DNA of 64,000 nt from a virus, in the IMG/VR virus record IMGVR_UViG_3300046501_000233, positions 32,001 through 96,000 of that record. One strand, written 5' to 3'. The notes beneath the pieces were generated by a model. It saw only the letters and a program-made list of their open reading frames with translations. It was not told the origin of the DNA and did no database searches. A program made the position numbers and the translations under genes. Below are positions 10,001 to 18,987 of the stretch, piece by piece (the first letter of the stretch is position 1; each line of letters opens with the position of its first letter).

Positions 10001-10670
10001 ACACGGCAGCTGCACCGCCGACAGCCGTAGCAGCGGCAGCGCCGTGCTGGACTGGCCGATAGACCATGTCGTTCATGCGGCGATGAGCAGTCAGCGGCAT
10101 GTTGCCGGCTGCGGCTATGCGACGGCCCCACTTCTCGCGGGCCTTGTGCCGCTCGCTCTCACCCTTTTCGAGAAGGCGGGTCTTGCGGCGGTCGTAGGCG
10201 TCGCCCAGCTCTTCGAGCTTGCGGTGGACGCCCTCTTCGTTCTTGACGCGGTCGCCGCTGGCCTGGTTCCAGATATGGGCGTAGGCCTGCTCGCGCTTTG
10301 CAAGGAGGGCTGCCTTTCGGCGCCACGCCTTGTAGTCAGACTTGCTCGTTGCCGAGTTCATCTTGTTGACGGCGTCGGTCATATCCTTCTGAAGATCGCG
10401 GAAACTGTCCGCGGTCATCTTGTTGGCGTTGCGCACGCCCTTCGCCCAATCCAAGTTTGCCTTGGTCAGGCCGTTCAAAATCTTGCCGCCGCTGGTCAGC
10501 TTCTTGATGTCGTCAGCGCCGAATACGGTGGGGGTAAGGGTGCCGCGGCTGTTGGCGCTCTTGATACGGCGCTCCAGATCCTGGATCTGGCGCATCAGCC
10601 GGCGGATCGGGTCTGATGCCTTGTCTTCCGCGCTAAGTTGAGCGCGTACGTCGATAACCTGCTGGGTCAT
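7044..10670 (-). CDS. tape measure protein with C-terminal lysozyme-like and NlpC/P60 (TIGR02594-like) domains
   Basis: 1208 aa helical protein after tail chaperone; AGIMAQETG..NNPGG and ANRYAP; NAWCAAFVN..GHVGF..GGNQ. Confidence 0.92.
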   Translation of the reverse strand: MTQQVIDVRAQLSAEDKASDPIRRLMRQIQDLERRIKSANSRGTLTPTVFGADDIKKLTSGGKILNGLTKANLDWAKGVRNANKMTADSFRDLQKDMTDAVNKMNSATSKSDYKAWRRKAALLAKREQAYAHIWNQASGDRVKNEEGVHRKLEELGDAYDRRKTRLLEKGESERHKAREKWGRRIAAAGNMPLTAHRRMNDMVYRPVQHGAAAATAVGGAAAVSSFRTRMKIDSAEVMAQIFGDMKPEDIKQMRSSYGNRAAVKYGTSLAEVLNTYTEAAKAGIKKEYQQEVTDLILSGKTGVDLNASETTKLIGTLFSVDPKMDPKKARSALTSVGIAAAESRANPDEIVAANRRSMGVLKTSKMSFADMSAINAMNVSAGMQGGKAGTFLDFLVGEIVNGQHDTGKRGQDLNKFAKKLGFGNKKSLSRQFAADPTETIIAIMEKMEGMDEANRALAADLIGMREWRGEVMTGQSGLAKLKEIRAAQKAPGNEDFLANAAAKKTSSFQGRWNSLTSAFEQFWEAFGKGFDRIFLAITSFATEYLTGSNLQAITDLIDNFVSGLAVGFGFKDWAELFESIFGKNSNLADMSANFFLFGRGFAEGLRVVWDQLKAIFTSVGKMFGLDTSKTEDIGKLAAEIIGLASALAILSPVITIFAAFVTGITAIVGAVVAFGAAGAAAIAALAGALGIASYLAFKDGPGQGPKQREERKKKLEEREKRVEKSRKGWSDWFSGSGDGEGQPVKKMSFTQSVDDLNETLEKFGAKIERASLSSSGGLTDFSAARRVGAASAEAAAVGSSARVSEGLAGTVAGKMMSTTQGGALNLGGFGPGGSSGGGLNGSAFDKMFAGTPLAGQSGAIIAAAKKHGVDPALLAGIMAQETGKGKNLSGNNPGGIMDPATNWSKKMQFGSLADGIDYTAKNLSKRVGETGGGIPALANRYAPPGAANDPNGLNKNWPGNVSKFRNELSDGSGGSVIGNTGAGGAAALKVAEQFKDMNEYRDVGALKGFMGGRDPRGAANAWCAAFVNSSLKAVGGKGTGSAVANSFQKWGQAVNHAAVEAGDVLVETKGRGAGETGGHVGFATGKTRMGPNGLELQMFGGNQKDGANYKWTPANGNLMARRGVPGVNVPPTANVPPTANVPGANIQNVPPAGTSSGTVPGMQNASYGGSTIHINGSQHDPEALATLVQRRIDEQHNYRLNDVDASMV

Positions 10671-10703
10671 CGGACCTCCTCAACGGAAAAGAAGAAGGCG
10701 CGG

Positions 10704-10901
10704 CTACCTCTTCTGGGCAGCACGCGCCTTTGCGATGGCCTCGGCATCACGAGTGTTCAGCTCGGACACGCCGTCAGCGATCATGAGGAAGTCATCCCAT
10801 TCCAGCTCCTCGACCGTCTGAAGCGTCCAGTGGAAGCGCTCGAAGATCGGGAAGCTGTCAGGGATGATCTGAGCTATTCGCTCAGCATGGGTTTCAAAAA
10901 A
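10704..10901 (-). CDS. tail assembly chaperone -1 frameshift extension (gpE'/GT-like)
   Basis: Open -1 frame entered at slippery T TTT TTG; contains FHWT...VEEL.W..F typical of gpE' extensions. Confidence 0.8.
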   Translation of the reverse strand, partial: FFETHAERIAQIIPDSFPIFERFHWTLQTVEELEWDDFLMIADGVSELNTRDAEAIAKARAAQKR

Positions 10902-11137
10902 TCTTCGAACCACTTCTTCATGGGTGCGAAGTCTTCGGTGTCGATCTCGGAGATGACAGCGGGCTCGACCTCACAGAGGTTGCCGAGGACGATCTCCATG
11001 GCGGCGATGCCGTCCTTCTCGACTTCCTTGATGAAGCTGCGCAGGTCGCGCACCTTGGGACGACGGGCTTCCAGCGACGGATACTTCTGGCCGCGGAACT
11101 CGAAGGGGAACTTAAATTCGAACGTGGTCTTGGACAT
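10874..11137 (-). CDS. tail assembly chaperone (P2 gpE / Mu gp41-like)
   Basis: RRPKVRDL, LCEV.P..I.EID.EDF; between tube and tape measure. Confidence 0.88.
   Translation of the reverse strand: MSKTTFEFKFPFEFRGQKYPSLEARRPKVRDLRSFIKEVEKDGIAAMEIVLGNLCEVEPAVISEIDTEDFAPMKKWFEDFLKPMLSE
10895..10901 (-). other. programmed -1 ribosomal frameshift slippery site TTTTTTG
   Basis: GAT TTT TTG near end of chaperone ORF; same heptamer as P2 E/E'. Confidence 0.8.
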
Positions 11138-11166
11138 TGTGTTGCACACCTTGATGTTGGGAAACG

Positions 11167-11196
11167 AAAAAGGCCCCGCCGGTTAGGGCGAGGCCT
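11167..11196 (-). terminator. intrinsic terminator after tail tube gene
   Basis: AGGCCTCGCC..GGCGGGGCC hairpin plus TTTTT on - strand. Confidence 0.75.
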
Positions 11197-11213
11197 GGGG
11201 GAGTTGGCTGGGC

Positions 11214-11735
11214 TTAGAAGCCGAGCAGGAACCGCGCTTGCGCGCTCTTGTCGACGCCGTTGATGAACGTCACTTTGTTGAACACATCGATCTCGGTGAT
11301 GCGCTCACCGTTCACCATGTGCTTGTAGTAGTGGGCGGTGCACGAGATGGTCTTCTCGTACTTCTTGCCCGGCTCCACCTTGCCCGGCTTGATCGACTTG
11401 ACGAGGCAGCGGGTGTTGACCATCACGCCCTTCTCGATGCCGAGGGGCGTCTGCATGTAGCCGCGGAAGGTGATCGGCACGTTCATGCTGCCGGGGCCGT
11501 AACCCAGGACCGCCCAAACGTCCGTGTTGTAGGTGTGGAGATCGAAGTCGAATTCGATCTTTTCGATACCCATCGGGACATCCACGGTGCCGTCCATGCC
11601 GCCGCCGCGGAACTCTTCCGTCTGGATGTTGATCTCCGGCAGCTGGAAGCCGGGGGACTCGCCGATGAGTCCGATGTCGTTTCCGAGCCAGACGGTGAAG
11701 TCCATCAGGATGTCGGAGTCGCGAAGATTACCCAT
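11214..11735 (-). CDS. major tail tube protein (P2 FII-like)
   Basis: LPEI...TEEFRGGGMDG.V.V.MGIEK, ITFRG, YYK...NG....EID..N....NGVD. Confidence 0.95.
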   Translation of the reverse strand: MGNLRDSDILMDFTVWLGNDIGLIGESPGFQLPEINIQTEEFRGGGMDGTVDVPMGIEKIEFDFDLHTYNTDVWAVLGYGPGSMNVPITFRGYMQTPLGIEKGVMVNTRCLVKSIKPGKVEPGKKYEKTISCTAHYYKHMVNGERITEIDVFNKVTFINGVDKSAQARFLLGF

Positions 11736-11821
11736 GTGTGTTCTCCATCCACAGCAAAGCGATGGCCGAGATCACTCCCGGCCATGCTGTGCTTGGATTT
11801 GTTGTGGTGTTGAGTTCGGGC

Positions 11822-13273
11822 TTAGCCGTTGGTGCTGATCAGGCCCGTGAACTCTTCGATGAAGTCGGTGTAGTAGTTCGGGTTGCGACGAGCCCGGAAC
11901 TGCAGCTTCTCCAGGAGAGCCGGCGGTTCGATGTCGTAGTCGACGGTCAGCTCGCCGTTGGCGAAGGTCTGCGGCGTGTTCACGCTTCCCTCGATCCAGC
12001 ACTCGCCGCCGATCAGAGCACCGCGGCCCTTCAGGACGCGCATGTACTCGTTGACGTCTTCCTGGATAGCGGTCAGCAGCTGGAGGCTGAACGGCTTGTC
12101 CATGCGCGAGCGCTCGGCCACTTCGAGGCTCTCGTAGATCATGTCGGCCGTGCGACGGACCGACAGGTGAGCCCAGAGAGGATCGGTGCTGGTGCTGCGG
12201 ACGCCCCAGAAGCGGTAGCCGTCGTCGTGGATGACCGTGGTCACCTGCGCGGCGTTCAGCATGTTCGCTTCGCATTCACGATCGTTGATCATGAAGTCGA
12301 CGGGACGGCCAGGGCCGCCGATGTTCTGGATCGGCTCGTTGGAGAACGAGTACCAGAAGCCCTTCTCGTTATCGATGCGGGCCTGGATGCCTGCGGCGTA
12401 GGCCGAGGCCGGCTTGTTCACGTAGAGCGAGTTCTCGGTATCCCACTTGAGGACGCCGGGATCGATCACGGAGACGCGCTGGCTGCCGTAGTCGCCGCGG
12501 TACTGAACCGCATCGGCATAGTTGGTGCCGGGGCCATCCAGGAAGGCAACGGCGCGGAGGCGGCTGGTGATCGCCGACAGGGCGACGCCGACCGGGTTCG
12601 CAACGCCGCCGAGGACTGCTCCAGCAGCTGCGTTCGTGCCTTCACCGGTGATGGTGACGGTCGGGGTGCCGCCGGTGTAGCCGAAGCCAGGGTCGGTGAT
12701 CGAGATGCCGGTCACTGAGCCGCCAACGACCTGAGCAACCGCCGTAGCGGTGCGACCGCCAGCAGCCGGGGCGCCGATGGTGACGTTGGTGGTGGCTGCT
12801 ACGTAGCCCGTACCAGGGGTGGTGACGTTGATGTTGGCAACGCCGTTCGTCGGGCGGGCGCCGGTCATGCCGGGGGCGATGAGCAGCTTCGGGATGACCC
12901 GGAGCATCGGGCGCGACTTGAGCAGCGACCAGATGCCGGTCTTGGCGGAAGGCGAGCCGACCGCGTTGGACCAGGTCTGAGCATCCTGATTGGCGCCGGA
13001 AGCACCTTCGGCGACACGAACCACCACGACGGTGGCAGAGCCCTGACCGTAAATGGCGTCGATGCCGTCGAGCAGCGTTCCGTTGGTCTTGAGCTGGCCA
13101 GCCTTGAGCGTGTCAGCGAAGACAGGGACCGGCGTGTTCAGCGGGAACAGATCGGGGTCTGCATCCGGCGCGGTGCCGACGAGGCCGATGACGTTGGACT
13201 TGACGGTCTGAACCGGACCGGAGGGGCTGTCGAGTTCGATCGTCTCGATGCCGTGAAGATAATTCGTAGCCAC
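11822..13273 (-). CDS. contractile tail sheath protein (P2 FI-like)
   Basis: YLHGIETIE, VIGLVGTAP, PKLLIAPG, GFW.S.SN, GYRFWG.R, SVRRTAD. Confidence 0.96.
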   Translation of the reverse strand: MATNYLHGIETIELDSPSGPVQTVKSNVIGLVGTAPDADPDLFPLNTPVPVFADTLKAGQLKTNGTLLDGIDAIYGQGSATVVVVRVAEGASGANQDAQTWSNAVGSPSAKTGIWSLLKSRPMLRVIPKLLIAPGMTGARPTNGVANINVTTPGTGYVAATTNVTIGAPAAGGRTATAVAQVVGGSVTGISITDPGFGYTGGTPTVTITGEGTNAAAGAVLGGVANPVGVALSAITSRLRAVAFLDGPGTNYADAVQYRGDYGSQRVSVIDPGVLKWDTENSLYVNKPASAYAAGIQARIDNEKGFWYSFSNEPIQNIGGPGRPVDFMINDRECEANMLNAAQVTTVIHDDGYRFWGVRSTSTDPLWAHLSVRRTADMIYESLEVAERSRMDKPFSLQLLTAIQEDVNEYMRVLKGRGALIGGECWIEGSVNTPQTFANGELTVDYDIEPPALLEKLQFRARRNPNYYTDFIEEFTGLISTNG

Positions 13274-13293
13274 GAAGTGGTCTCCTTGAAACG

Positions 13294-13320
13294 AAAAAAG
13301 CCGCCCGGTGAGGGCGGCCT
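13294..13320 (-). terminator. intrinsic terminator
   Basis: GCCGCCC..GGGCGGC plus TTTTTT on - strand. Confidence 0.75.
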
Positions 13321-13345
13321 TGGTGGTGGGTTGTTGGCGATGTGT

Positions 13346-13771
13346 TTACGGTCGAGAGATCAGTGGGTAGTGGGTCCACTTCTCTTGTCCGGGGACGATC
13401 GTGATGCCCCGCTGGACCGTGATGCTTCCCGACACGAGTCGGTAAATGCCATCGCCAGCAACGAGGACGATGTCATAGTCGTAGAGGCCGGGCGCCACTT
13501 GGGACGTCTCCGACATCTTGATCTGAAGTGCGAACTTGCCAGCAGCGCGGTCGGTGACCACGATCTTCTGATTGTCCGAATTGATATTGGCAGCGACGTT
13601 GCCGTTGGAGTCCTGCATCTGCATGTAGAACTTCCAGCTGAGGTCGATGGCGAGAGGTTCGTCATCCTTCTTCAGCTGATATTCTCGGCTCCAGTCTTCA
13701 TTCGTCGCCGCATTAAAGGCATCCAGAATAACATCCGGAGGCGAGTCGATCAGAGAGACCGTGATGCTCAT
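13346..13771 (-). CDS. virion/baseplate-associated beta protein
   Basis: YDYDIVL......RLVSG.ITV..GIT pattern common in tail modules; context. Confidence 0.6.
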   Translation of the reverse strand: MSITVSLIDSPPDVILDAFNAATNEDWSREYQLKKDDEPLAIDLSWKFYMQMQDSNGNVAANINSDNQKIVVTDRAAGKFALQIKMSETSQVAPGLYDYDIVLVAGDGIYRLVSGSITVQRGITIVPGQEKWTHYPLISRP

Positions 13772-14385
13772 TCCGGTGCTGGCCTTAGATCCGGGAGAGC
13801 TTCTTCAATCTCACCCTTCGTCGTGATCTCGCCGCTCTGGATGCGTCCCTGCACTTCCTCTTCCAAATCGAAAAGGTTCTGCACATATGCCACGATCTCC
13901 TGAGAGATCGCGACGAACAGCGGGCGGGTCAGCGACAACCAGCCGCCATTCGCCTTGAAGCGGATGGGCTCCTGGGCGATGCCAAGATCGATTGACTGGA
14001 TCGCCTGCGCGATAATCGCGCGGGTGTCTCGATCCGTATCCAGCGCGCCGAAGTTCGGGGAGACCATGCCACCAACCTCTCTGTCATAACGAACCGATGC
14101 AAGGTGAGCCATGAGCTGCTCCTTTGTAGGAGCTTCCGGCGACGCGACTTCGAGGATCTGAACGACCGTCCCTTCGACCCGCTCGTAGCGAGATCCGGTG
14201 ACAACCATTTCAGGATTGAGAGGGCGCTGGGCAGGCTCGACACGATAGACGCCGACACCCGCCAACTCCTGATCACTCCATAGTTCAGTGATCTGCCAGG
14301 CATGTGTTACATCCTGGGCTCGGATCGATGATCCGTAAGGCACATCGATAAACGTGCCGTCTTCAAGCTCTTGTGCGATGAGCAT
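13768..14385 (-). CDS. tail fibre assembly-type protein (DUF4376-like)
   Basis: LASVRYDREVGG, TDRDTRA, FKA.GGW..L, YVQ.LF..E; follows fibre gene. Confidence 0.75.
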   Translation of the reverse strand: MLIAQELEDGTFIDVPYGSSIRAQDVTHAWQITELWSDQELAGVGVYRVEPAQRPLNPEMVVTGSRYERVEGTVVQILEVASPEAPTKEQLMAHLASVRYDREVGGMVSPNFGALDTDRDTRAIIAQAIQSIDLGIAQEPIRFKANGGWLSLTRPLFVAISQEIVAYVQNLFDLEEEVQGRIQSGEITTKGEIEEALPDLRPAPE

Positions 14386-14388
14386 TTA

Positions 14389-15342
14389 TTATCCCCATGA
14401 GGTGTAACAGGCACCATTGCCGCCCCAGCCGCCACCAGTCCGAGAAAGACCGGCGTTGTCGTATGGGTCTCCGCCCGGTCCACCGCCTTGCCCGACGTTG
14501 ATGATAAGGCGGGTGCCCGGCGTCAGAATGCCACGAGCAACGCTGCGATACGCGCGACCGCCGTAACCACCAGGTCCCGAGTAGACATCGTTCTCCCACG
14601 CATAAGTGTACCCGCCAGCGCCGCCGCCAGCGCCGCCAGCGTAGACGTTGCCGTCACCGCCTTGAGCATTGCCGTGACCGCCACCGCCGCCGTTGTAGAA
14701 TGATCCGATGCCGCCGGAGATGCCGTAGTACGAGGCACCACCACCGCCGCCAGCCCATCCGATGACGTTGACCTTGCCGCCGCCGGTTTCCTCGTCATAA
14801 ATCTGCGAGTAGCCACCAGCGCCGCCGGGGTTGGCGTTAATCCAGCCGGGCGGAACACTAGAGTTGTATCCCAACGGGGAGCCACCACCTCCGCCAGCTC
14901 CGTACACATCGAAGTTGAACACGCTGTGGTACGGGATCGTGAGAGCGTACTGCCCCGGAGACCCCCATGAGGCGGACCCGCCTGAAACGGCGACAGTCAC
15001 GACGTACCAAATCGCGTTGGCCTTTCCGACCGTCACCGACATGGATGCCGTGGCGCTGAAGGTGTTCGAAGAGGTCTGGCGTAACTGAATACACTGACCC
15101 TTCTTGATGCTTCCGAAGGTCGACCAATCCTGAATGACTTGCGTCTGGGTGGCGTCCAAGACTCTGAACTGGCCGGTGTTGACCGTCACCGGAACAGGAA
15201 CACTGATGCCGGTGATCTGCACGATGTTCGAGGACTGGAGACTGTTCGGGGCCACGCCATTGAGCTGCGTGAACGCGAACGGGTTCGGCATCATATCGAT
15301 GTCGGCGCCGCCGATGCGCGCCTTCAGGAATGGCAACATCAT
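14389..15342 (-). CDS. glycine-rich tail fibre / receptor-binding protein
   Basis: P.PF.F N-terminal module, VYGAGGGGG and multiple GGxGG repeats. Confidence 0.7.
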   Translation of the reverse strand: MMLPFLKARIGGADIDMMPNPFAFTQLNGVAPNSLQSSNIVQITGISVPVPVTVNTGQFRVLDATQTQVIQDWSTFGSIKKGQCIQLRQTSSNTFSATASMSVTVGKANAIWYVVTVAVSGGSASWGSPGQYALTIPYHSVFNFDVYGAGGGGGSPLGYNSSVPPGWINANPGGAGGYSQIYDEETGGGKVNVIGWAGGGGGASYYGISGGIGSFYNGGGGGHGNAQGGDGNVYAGGAGGGAGGYTYAWENDVYSGPGGYGGRAYRSVARGILTPGTRLIINVGQGGGPGGDPYDNAGLSRTGGGWGGNGACYTSWG

Positions 15343-16508
15343 TACGGTGTCACCTTCCATCCGGCAGCGATGACGTCACCGTTCCAGGCGCCAGCGCTAG
15401 TTACGATGACAGCGTAGCCATTGGCGGCAGTTGCCACCTCGGGAGCAGATCCACTTGGCCATTTGAACTTGGTATTCCAGCTCACCGTGCGACCGCCCGT
15501 GGCATCCTGAAGGAAGGCCAACTCAAACGGCGCTCCGTCCTTGAGGTTGGAGACGTCGATGGTGACGTTGCCAACAAGCGTGGCGCGGAAGCGAGCGCCG
15601 GTATTGGCGTCGATGGTCACAGCGCCCGTGATATTGCCAAGCGGCACCCACTTCGCTGCTTCCCACGCCTGATCGTTCGTGACGATTGCGGTGTTGGCCT
15701 TCGAGCGAAGCTCGGCAGCAGTCGCGGCGTTTCGCGTCGCGGTATTGCCAAGCTCAAGCGACGTACGGGCAACCGACTTGTCAGTCAGGCTGGCCAGATT
15801 GTCGGACTTGCCGAGGTAGTTCTCCGGATCCCAGACTTCCGCGCGATCGGCTGCCGCGATGGCAGCGTTTCGAGCAGCGATCGACGTTGAAGCGTCGGCT
15901 CCCGTCTGCACTCGGTCAGCAGCAGTCTTGACCGCATCCGCAGCAGCGCTCGTGCGCGATGCGAAAGCATTGACGCGGGCGGCTTCGATCTGGGTCAAGT
16001 AGGCCTGAGCAGCCAGATTGGATCCTGCGGTTGCTCCGATCCACCAATCGTTGAAGGGACCGGGATTGCCGTAGATCGACAGGATCGTGACCATCAGGGT
16101 TCCGGTCGACTTCTCGTAGGAAATCAGCCGGCCGATGGCGTAATCGGTGGCGTTCGCCTCGCGCGTGATGGCGACGAAGGGCGTCGGGGTAAAGAGGTCT
16201 CGCTTGACCTCGTCATTAATGATGAACGTGACGCTCTGGTCATTGACCAGCGTGCGTTCACTGTTCGACTCCGCAGTCAGGAAGCCCATCGCGGACAACT
16301 GCTGAATGCGCTGATACGCAGGCAGGATGGCGTCATTCAGACGCGCGAGCCCAACCAGACGAAGATCGTTGACCGCCGCCTCCCACGAAGGGGTGAAAGG
16401 CTCAAGGCTGCGGAGGCGAGTATCAATCACCTCCATAGCTTTGTTCAGACGCTCGGCGTCAAAATCTTCCGTATCCTTGAACGTAAGCTCAGGGTAGCTG
16501 CTTGACAT
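15342..16508 (-). CDS. tail fibre base / tail structural protein
   Basis: KSDNLASL.DK..AR..L.LG and QDATGGRTVSW..FKWP.G.AP motifs of phage tail proteins. Confidence 0.7.
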   Translation of the reverse strand: MSSSYPELTFKDTEDFDAERLNKAMEVIDTRLRSLEPFTPSWEAAVNDLRLVGLARLNDAILPAYQRIQQLSAMGFLTAESNSERTLVNDQSVTFIINDEVKRDLFTPTPFVAITREANATDYAIGRLISYEKSTGTLMVTILSIYGNPGPFNDWWIGATAGSNLAAQAYLTQIEAARVNAFASRTSAAADAVKTAADRVQTGADASTSIAARNAAIAAADRAEVWDPENYLGKSDNLASLTDKSVARTSLELGNTATRNAATAAELRSKANTAIVTNDQAWEAAKWVPLGNITGAVTIDANTGARFRATLVGNVTIDVSNLKDGAPFELAFLQDATGGRTVSWNTKFKWPSGSAPEVATAANGYAVIVTSAGAWNGDVIAAGWKVTP

Positions 16509-16674
16509 CTGCAACCACTCCCGCTGCATTCATCGCATCGAGCGTCACCTGGTCGACCACATGGTGGTTGCCAGGCAGATACCAAAACTGGTGCAGCTCG
16601 AAGCGACCATTCAGCGTGACGTCGTAGCGGACGTCATCACCCGCCGGAGCGGGTTCAGACTTTTTGGCGGCCAT
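16489..16674 (-). CDS. small hypothetical tail-module protein
   Basis: 61 aa ORF with AGGA RBS filling the gap in the operon. Confidence 0.6.
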   Translation of the reverse strand: MAAKKSEPAPAGDDVRYDVTLNGRFELHQFWYLPGNHHVVDQVTLDAMNAAGVVADVKQLP

Positions 16675-16707
16675 TGGATTGTCCTTGTGAGAGGAGGAGC
16701 TACGCGC

Positions 16708-18969
16708 TTAGAGCGCGTAGTCCTTCTGGAATGCGACGTGGAACAGCTTCTGGTTCGAAGTCGTGTCGATCTTCGTCATGACCCGATACTGGGTGACGGA
16801 GGCGCCGAGGTTGAACACGTAGGTTCGCTCGGTGGAGCCATCGACAGGATCGATGACCGTGGTGGCGCTCGACGGATTAACCTGAGTGGCGAAGCCAGCA
16901 CCCGTCATCAGCTTGACTGCCGCGGTGTGGTAAGCCGGCTCCATGAACTCGTAACGCTCGATCACTCGGATCTGCGTCGAGGCCACTGGCAGCGTGCGGG
17001 TCTGCGTGATGTGCGTCGCGGTGATATCCGGACGCGACACGAGCACCGAGCTGTCGAGCAGGTTGATTGCCGCCTGACAGTCGACCGAACCGTTGAACAC
17101 TGCGCGGAGCGGCAGCAACGGAGGAACCGAACCACCCTGGCCAAGCAGGTACTTCTCGGGCTCCTGCAGATTGTACCAGATGCCGCCGACCTGGATCTCG
17201 TAAGAGAGGGTCGCGCCGGCCGGGACGATCGTGCCGGCGATGAGGTCGATGCCGAGGATGCCGCCGGACAGCTGCAGCGGAGCGAGCGTGACGACCTGTC
17301 GAGCCTGCTTGAACTTGCAGCGGTAGAGACGCATCCACAGATCGCGGAATGCATCGCCCTGCGCATATGCACCGTCCAGCACGTAGAAGAACGTGCCCTG
17401 GGTGAACTGCTGGCCTGGGACCGTACCAACCCAGTGGTCGGCGGCGGTGGTCAGCACGAGTGCGTAACGCTTGCCGCCCTGCAGATAAGTCGGCTGCAGC
17501 GGGACCGTGGTCTCGGTGTTCAGCTTCATGTCTGCGCGGAGCAGCGTGGTCTCGGCGATGACCTTCTTCAGGTCAGGCAGGCCGAAATCGGAGACCTCGA
17601 CGATAGCGACGTGGATCGAACCTTCGGCAGCGAGCCGCGTGATCCAGATGCCGACCGCGTCGAGCCACATGTTCTGGCCCTGGAGCCAGGTCTCGGCGAT
17701 CTGGGCGCCCGTCACCGTCTTGGTGATGGTCACCTTGTCCCAATAGGGTTCGTCGTAGGTGTCGATCCAGATCTGCCGCAGACGGATCCAGTTGTGGCCT
17801 GGATAGTCGATCATGGTGATCGACTCGACCTCGTAAGTTTCGCCGTCGCGATAGAAGCGCGAGCCGCCGTCGTAGGCGCCCGTCTGCCACCAGAGGCTGT
17901 TCGAACAGACCGTAAATTCGGCGCCGTAGCGGATGCGCTGACGTGCAACGGTCCGCTGCACCATGTCGAAAGACGACTGCGAGTAAGCCGCGATCTGGGT
18001 TTCGGCAACGATGCCGCCCGACAGCAGCCAGGCTTCGCGGTCATAAGCCGGAAGCAGCATGCCGTTCTTGATGTTGGCGGCGGGATCGAGCGGGTTGAAG
18101 ATCTGCAGAGCGGACGAGCCCTCCGCAGCGTTCGGCATACGAATGCCCTCTTCCACCTTCACATGCGACAACGGATCGTCGAGCTTCGACTTGACGTGAT
18201 CGAGGAAGAAGTTGGCGCTGGAGTCGACTGCGGTTGAGAGAACACCGTTCTTCGCTTCCAGAACCGCGAGGCGCTGGAGCGTACGGCCGAGCGAAGCCTG
18301 GTCGGCCTGGCCCTGGTTGCCCTGAGCCTTGATGCCGGCGATGTCGGATGCGAGCGTCTTGATCTGGAAGCCGGCCGAGACCTCAAACTCTTCCAAATCG
18401 ACGATGCGATCTTCGTGACCTTGCACGCTGGGGAGCTTATTGCTCTCGACCATCGTGATGGTGTCGACACCAGTGGGGCTCAGCGTCACCAGTGCGATGA
18501 TCGTGTAGCCTACGTCGACCAGCGGTGCGGTCGGATCCGGCGCTTCCGTGCCGATCATGACGTTCAGGTTGGCGATGCGCGAATGCACCATCGGCACAGC
18601 CTGCGGCTCGGCCTGACGGGTCTCAGCGTTGATCAGGAACTGGCGCGGACGAATATCGACGTCAGCTTCCGTGCCCCAGGTGACGATCGCCGCAATCTTC
18701 TTGCCGGCAACCGGCAGCTGCGTGATGAAGTCCTTGGACCAGCTGGTCGTGCCCGAGCTGTAAACCTTACCCGCCGAATAGAGCCGGCCAGTAGCGACCG
18801 AGATCTGCGTGACCGCAGACTTGGTTACGCCGAAGCCGGTGTATTTGGCGCGGTCCGTGATGCCGTCGAGAACGACGTGATCCAGAGCCGCCTCGGCGAA
18901 ATCCTGCAACGACGTGAAGTCGGTCGGATCATCGTCGATGTTCGGGTGAAAGATAATCTTATTTTCCAC
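16708..18969 (-). CDS. large baseplate/tail structural protein
   Basis: 753 aa, GGAG RBS, follows gpI-like gene; PTYLQGGKRYALVL pattern seen in myophage baseplate proteins. Confidence 0.7.
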   Translation of the reverse strand: MENKIIFHPNIDDDPTDFTSLQDFAEAALDHVVLDGITDRAKYTGFGVTKSAVTQISVATGRLYSAGKVYSSGTTSWSKDFITQLPVAGKKIAAIVTWGTEADVDIRPRQFLINAETRQAEPQAVPMVHSRIANLNVMIGTEAPDPTAPLVDVGYTIIALVTLSPTGVDTITMVESNKLPSVQGHEDRIVDLEEFEVSAGFQIKTLASDIAGIKAQGNQGQADQASLGRTLQRLAVLEAKNGVLSTAVDSSANFFLDHVKSKLDDPLSHVKVEEGIRMPNAAEGSSALQIFNPLDPAANIKNGMLLPAYDREAWLLSGGIVAETQIAAYSQSSFDMVQRTVARQRIRYGAEFTVCSNSLWWQTGAYDGGSRFYRDGETYEVESITMIDYPGHNWIRLRQIWIDTYDEPYWDKVTITKTVTGAQIAETWLQGQNMWLDAVGIWITRLAAEGSIHVAIVEVSDFGLPDLKKVIAETTLLRADMKLNTETTVPLQPTYLQGGKRYALVLTTAADHWVGTVPGQQFTQGTFFYVLDGAYAQGDAFRDLWMRLYRCKFKQARQVVTLAPLQLSGGILGIDLIAGTIVPAGATLSYEIQVGGIWYNLQEPEKYLLGQGGSVPPLLPLRAVFNGSVDCQAAINLLDSSVLVSRPDITATHITQTRTLPVASTQIRVIERYEFMEPAYHTAAVKLMTGAGFATQVNPSSATTVIDPVDGSTERTYVFNLGASVTQYRVMTKIDTTSNQKLFHVAFQKDYAL

Positions 18970-18987
18970 AGTGGTCTCCTGCGCCGC

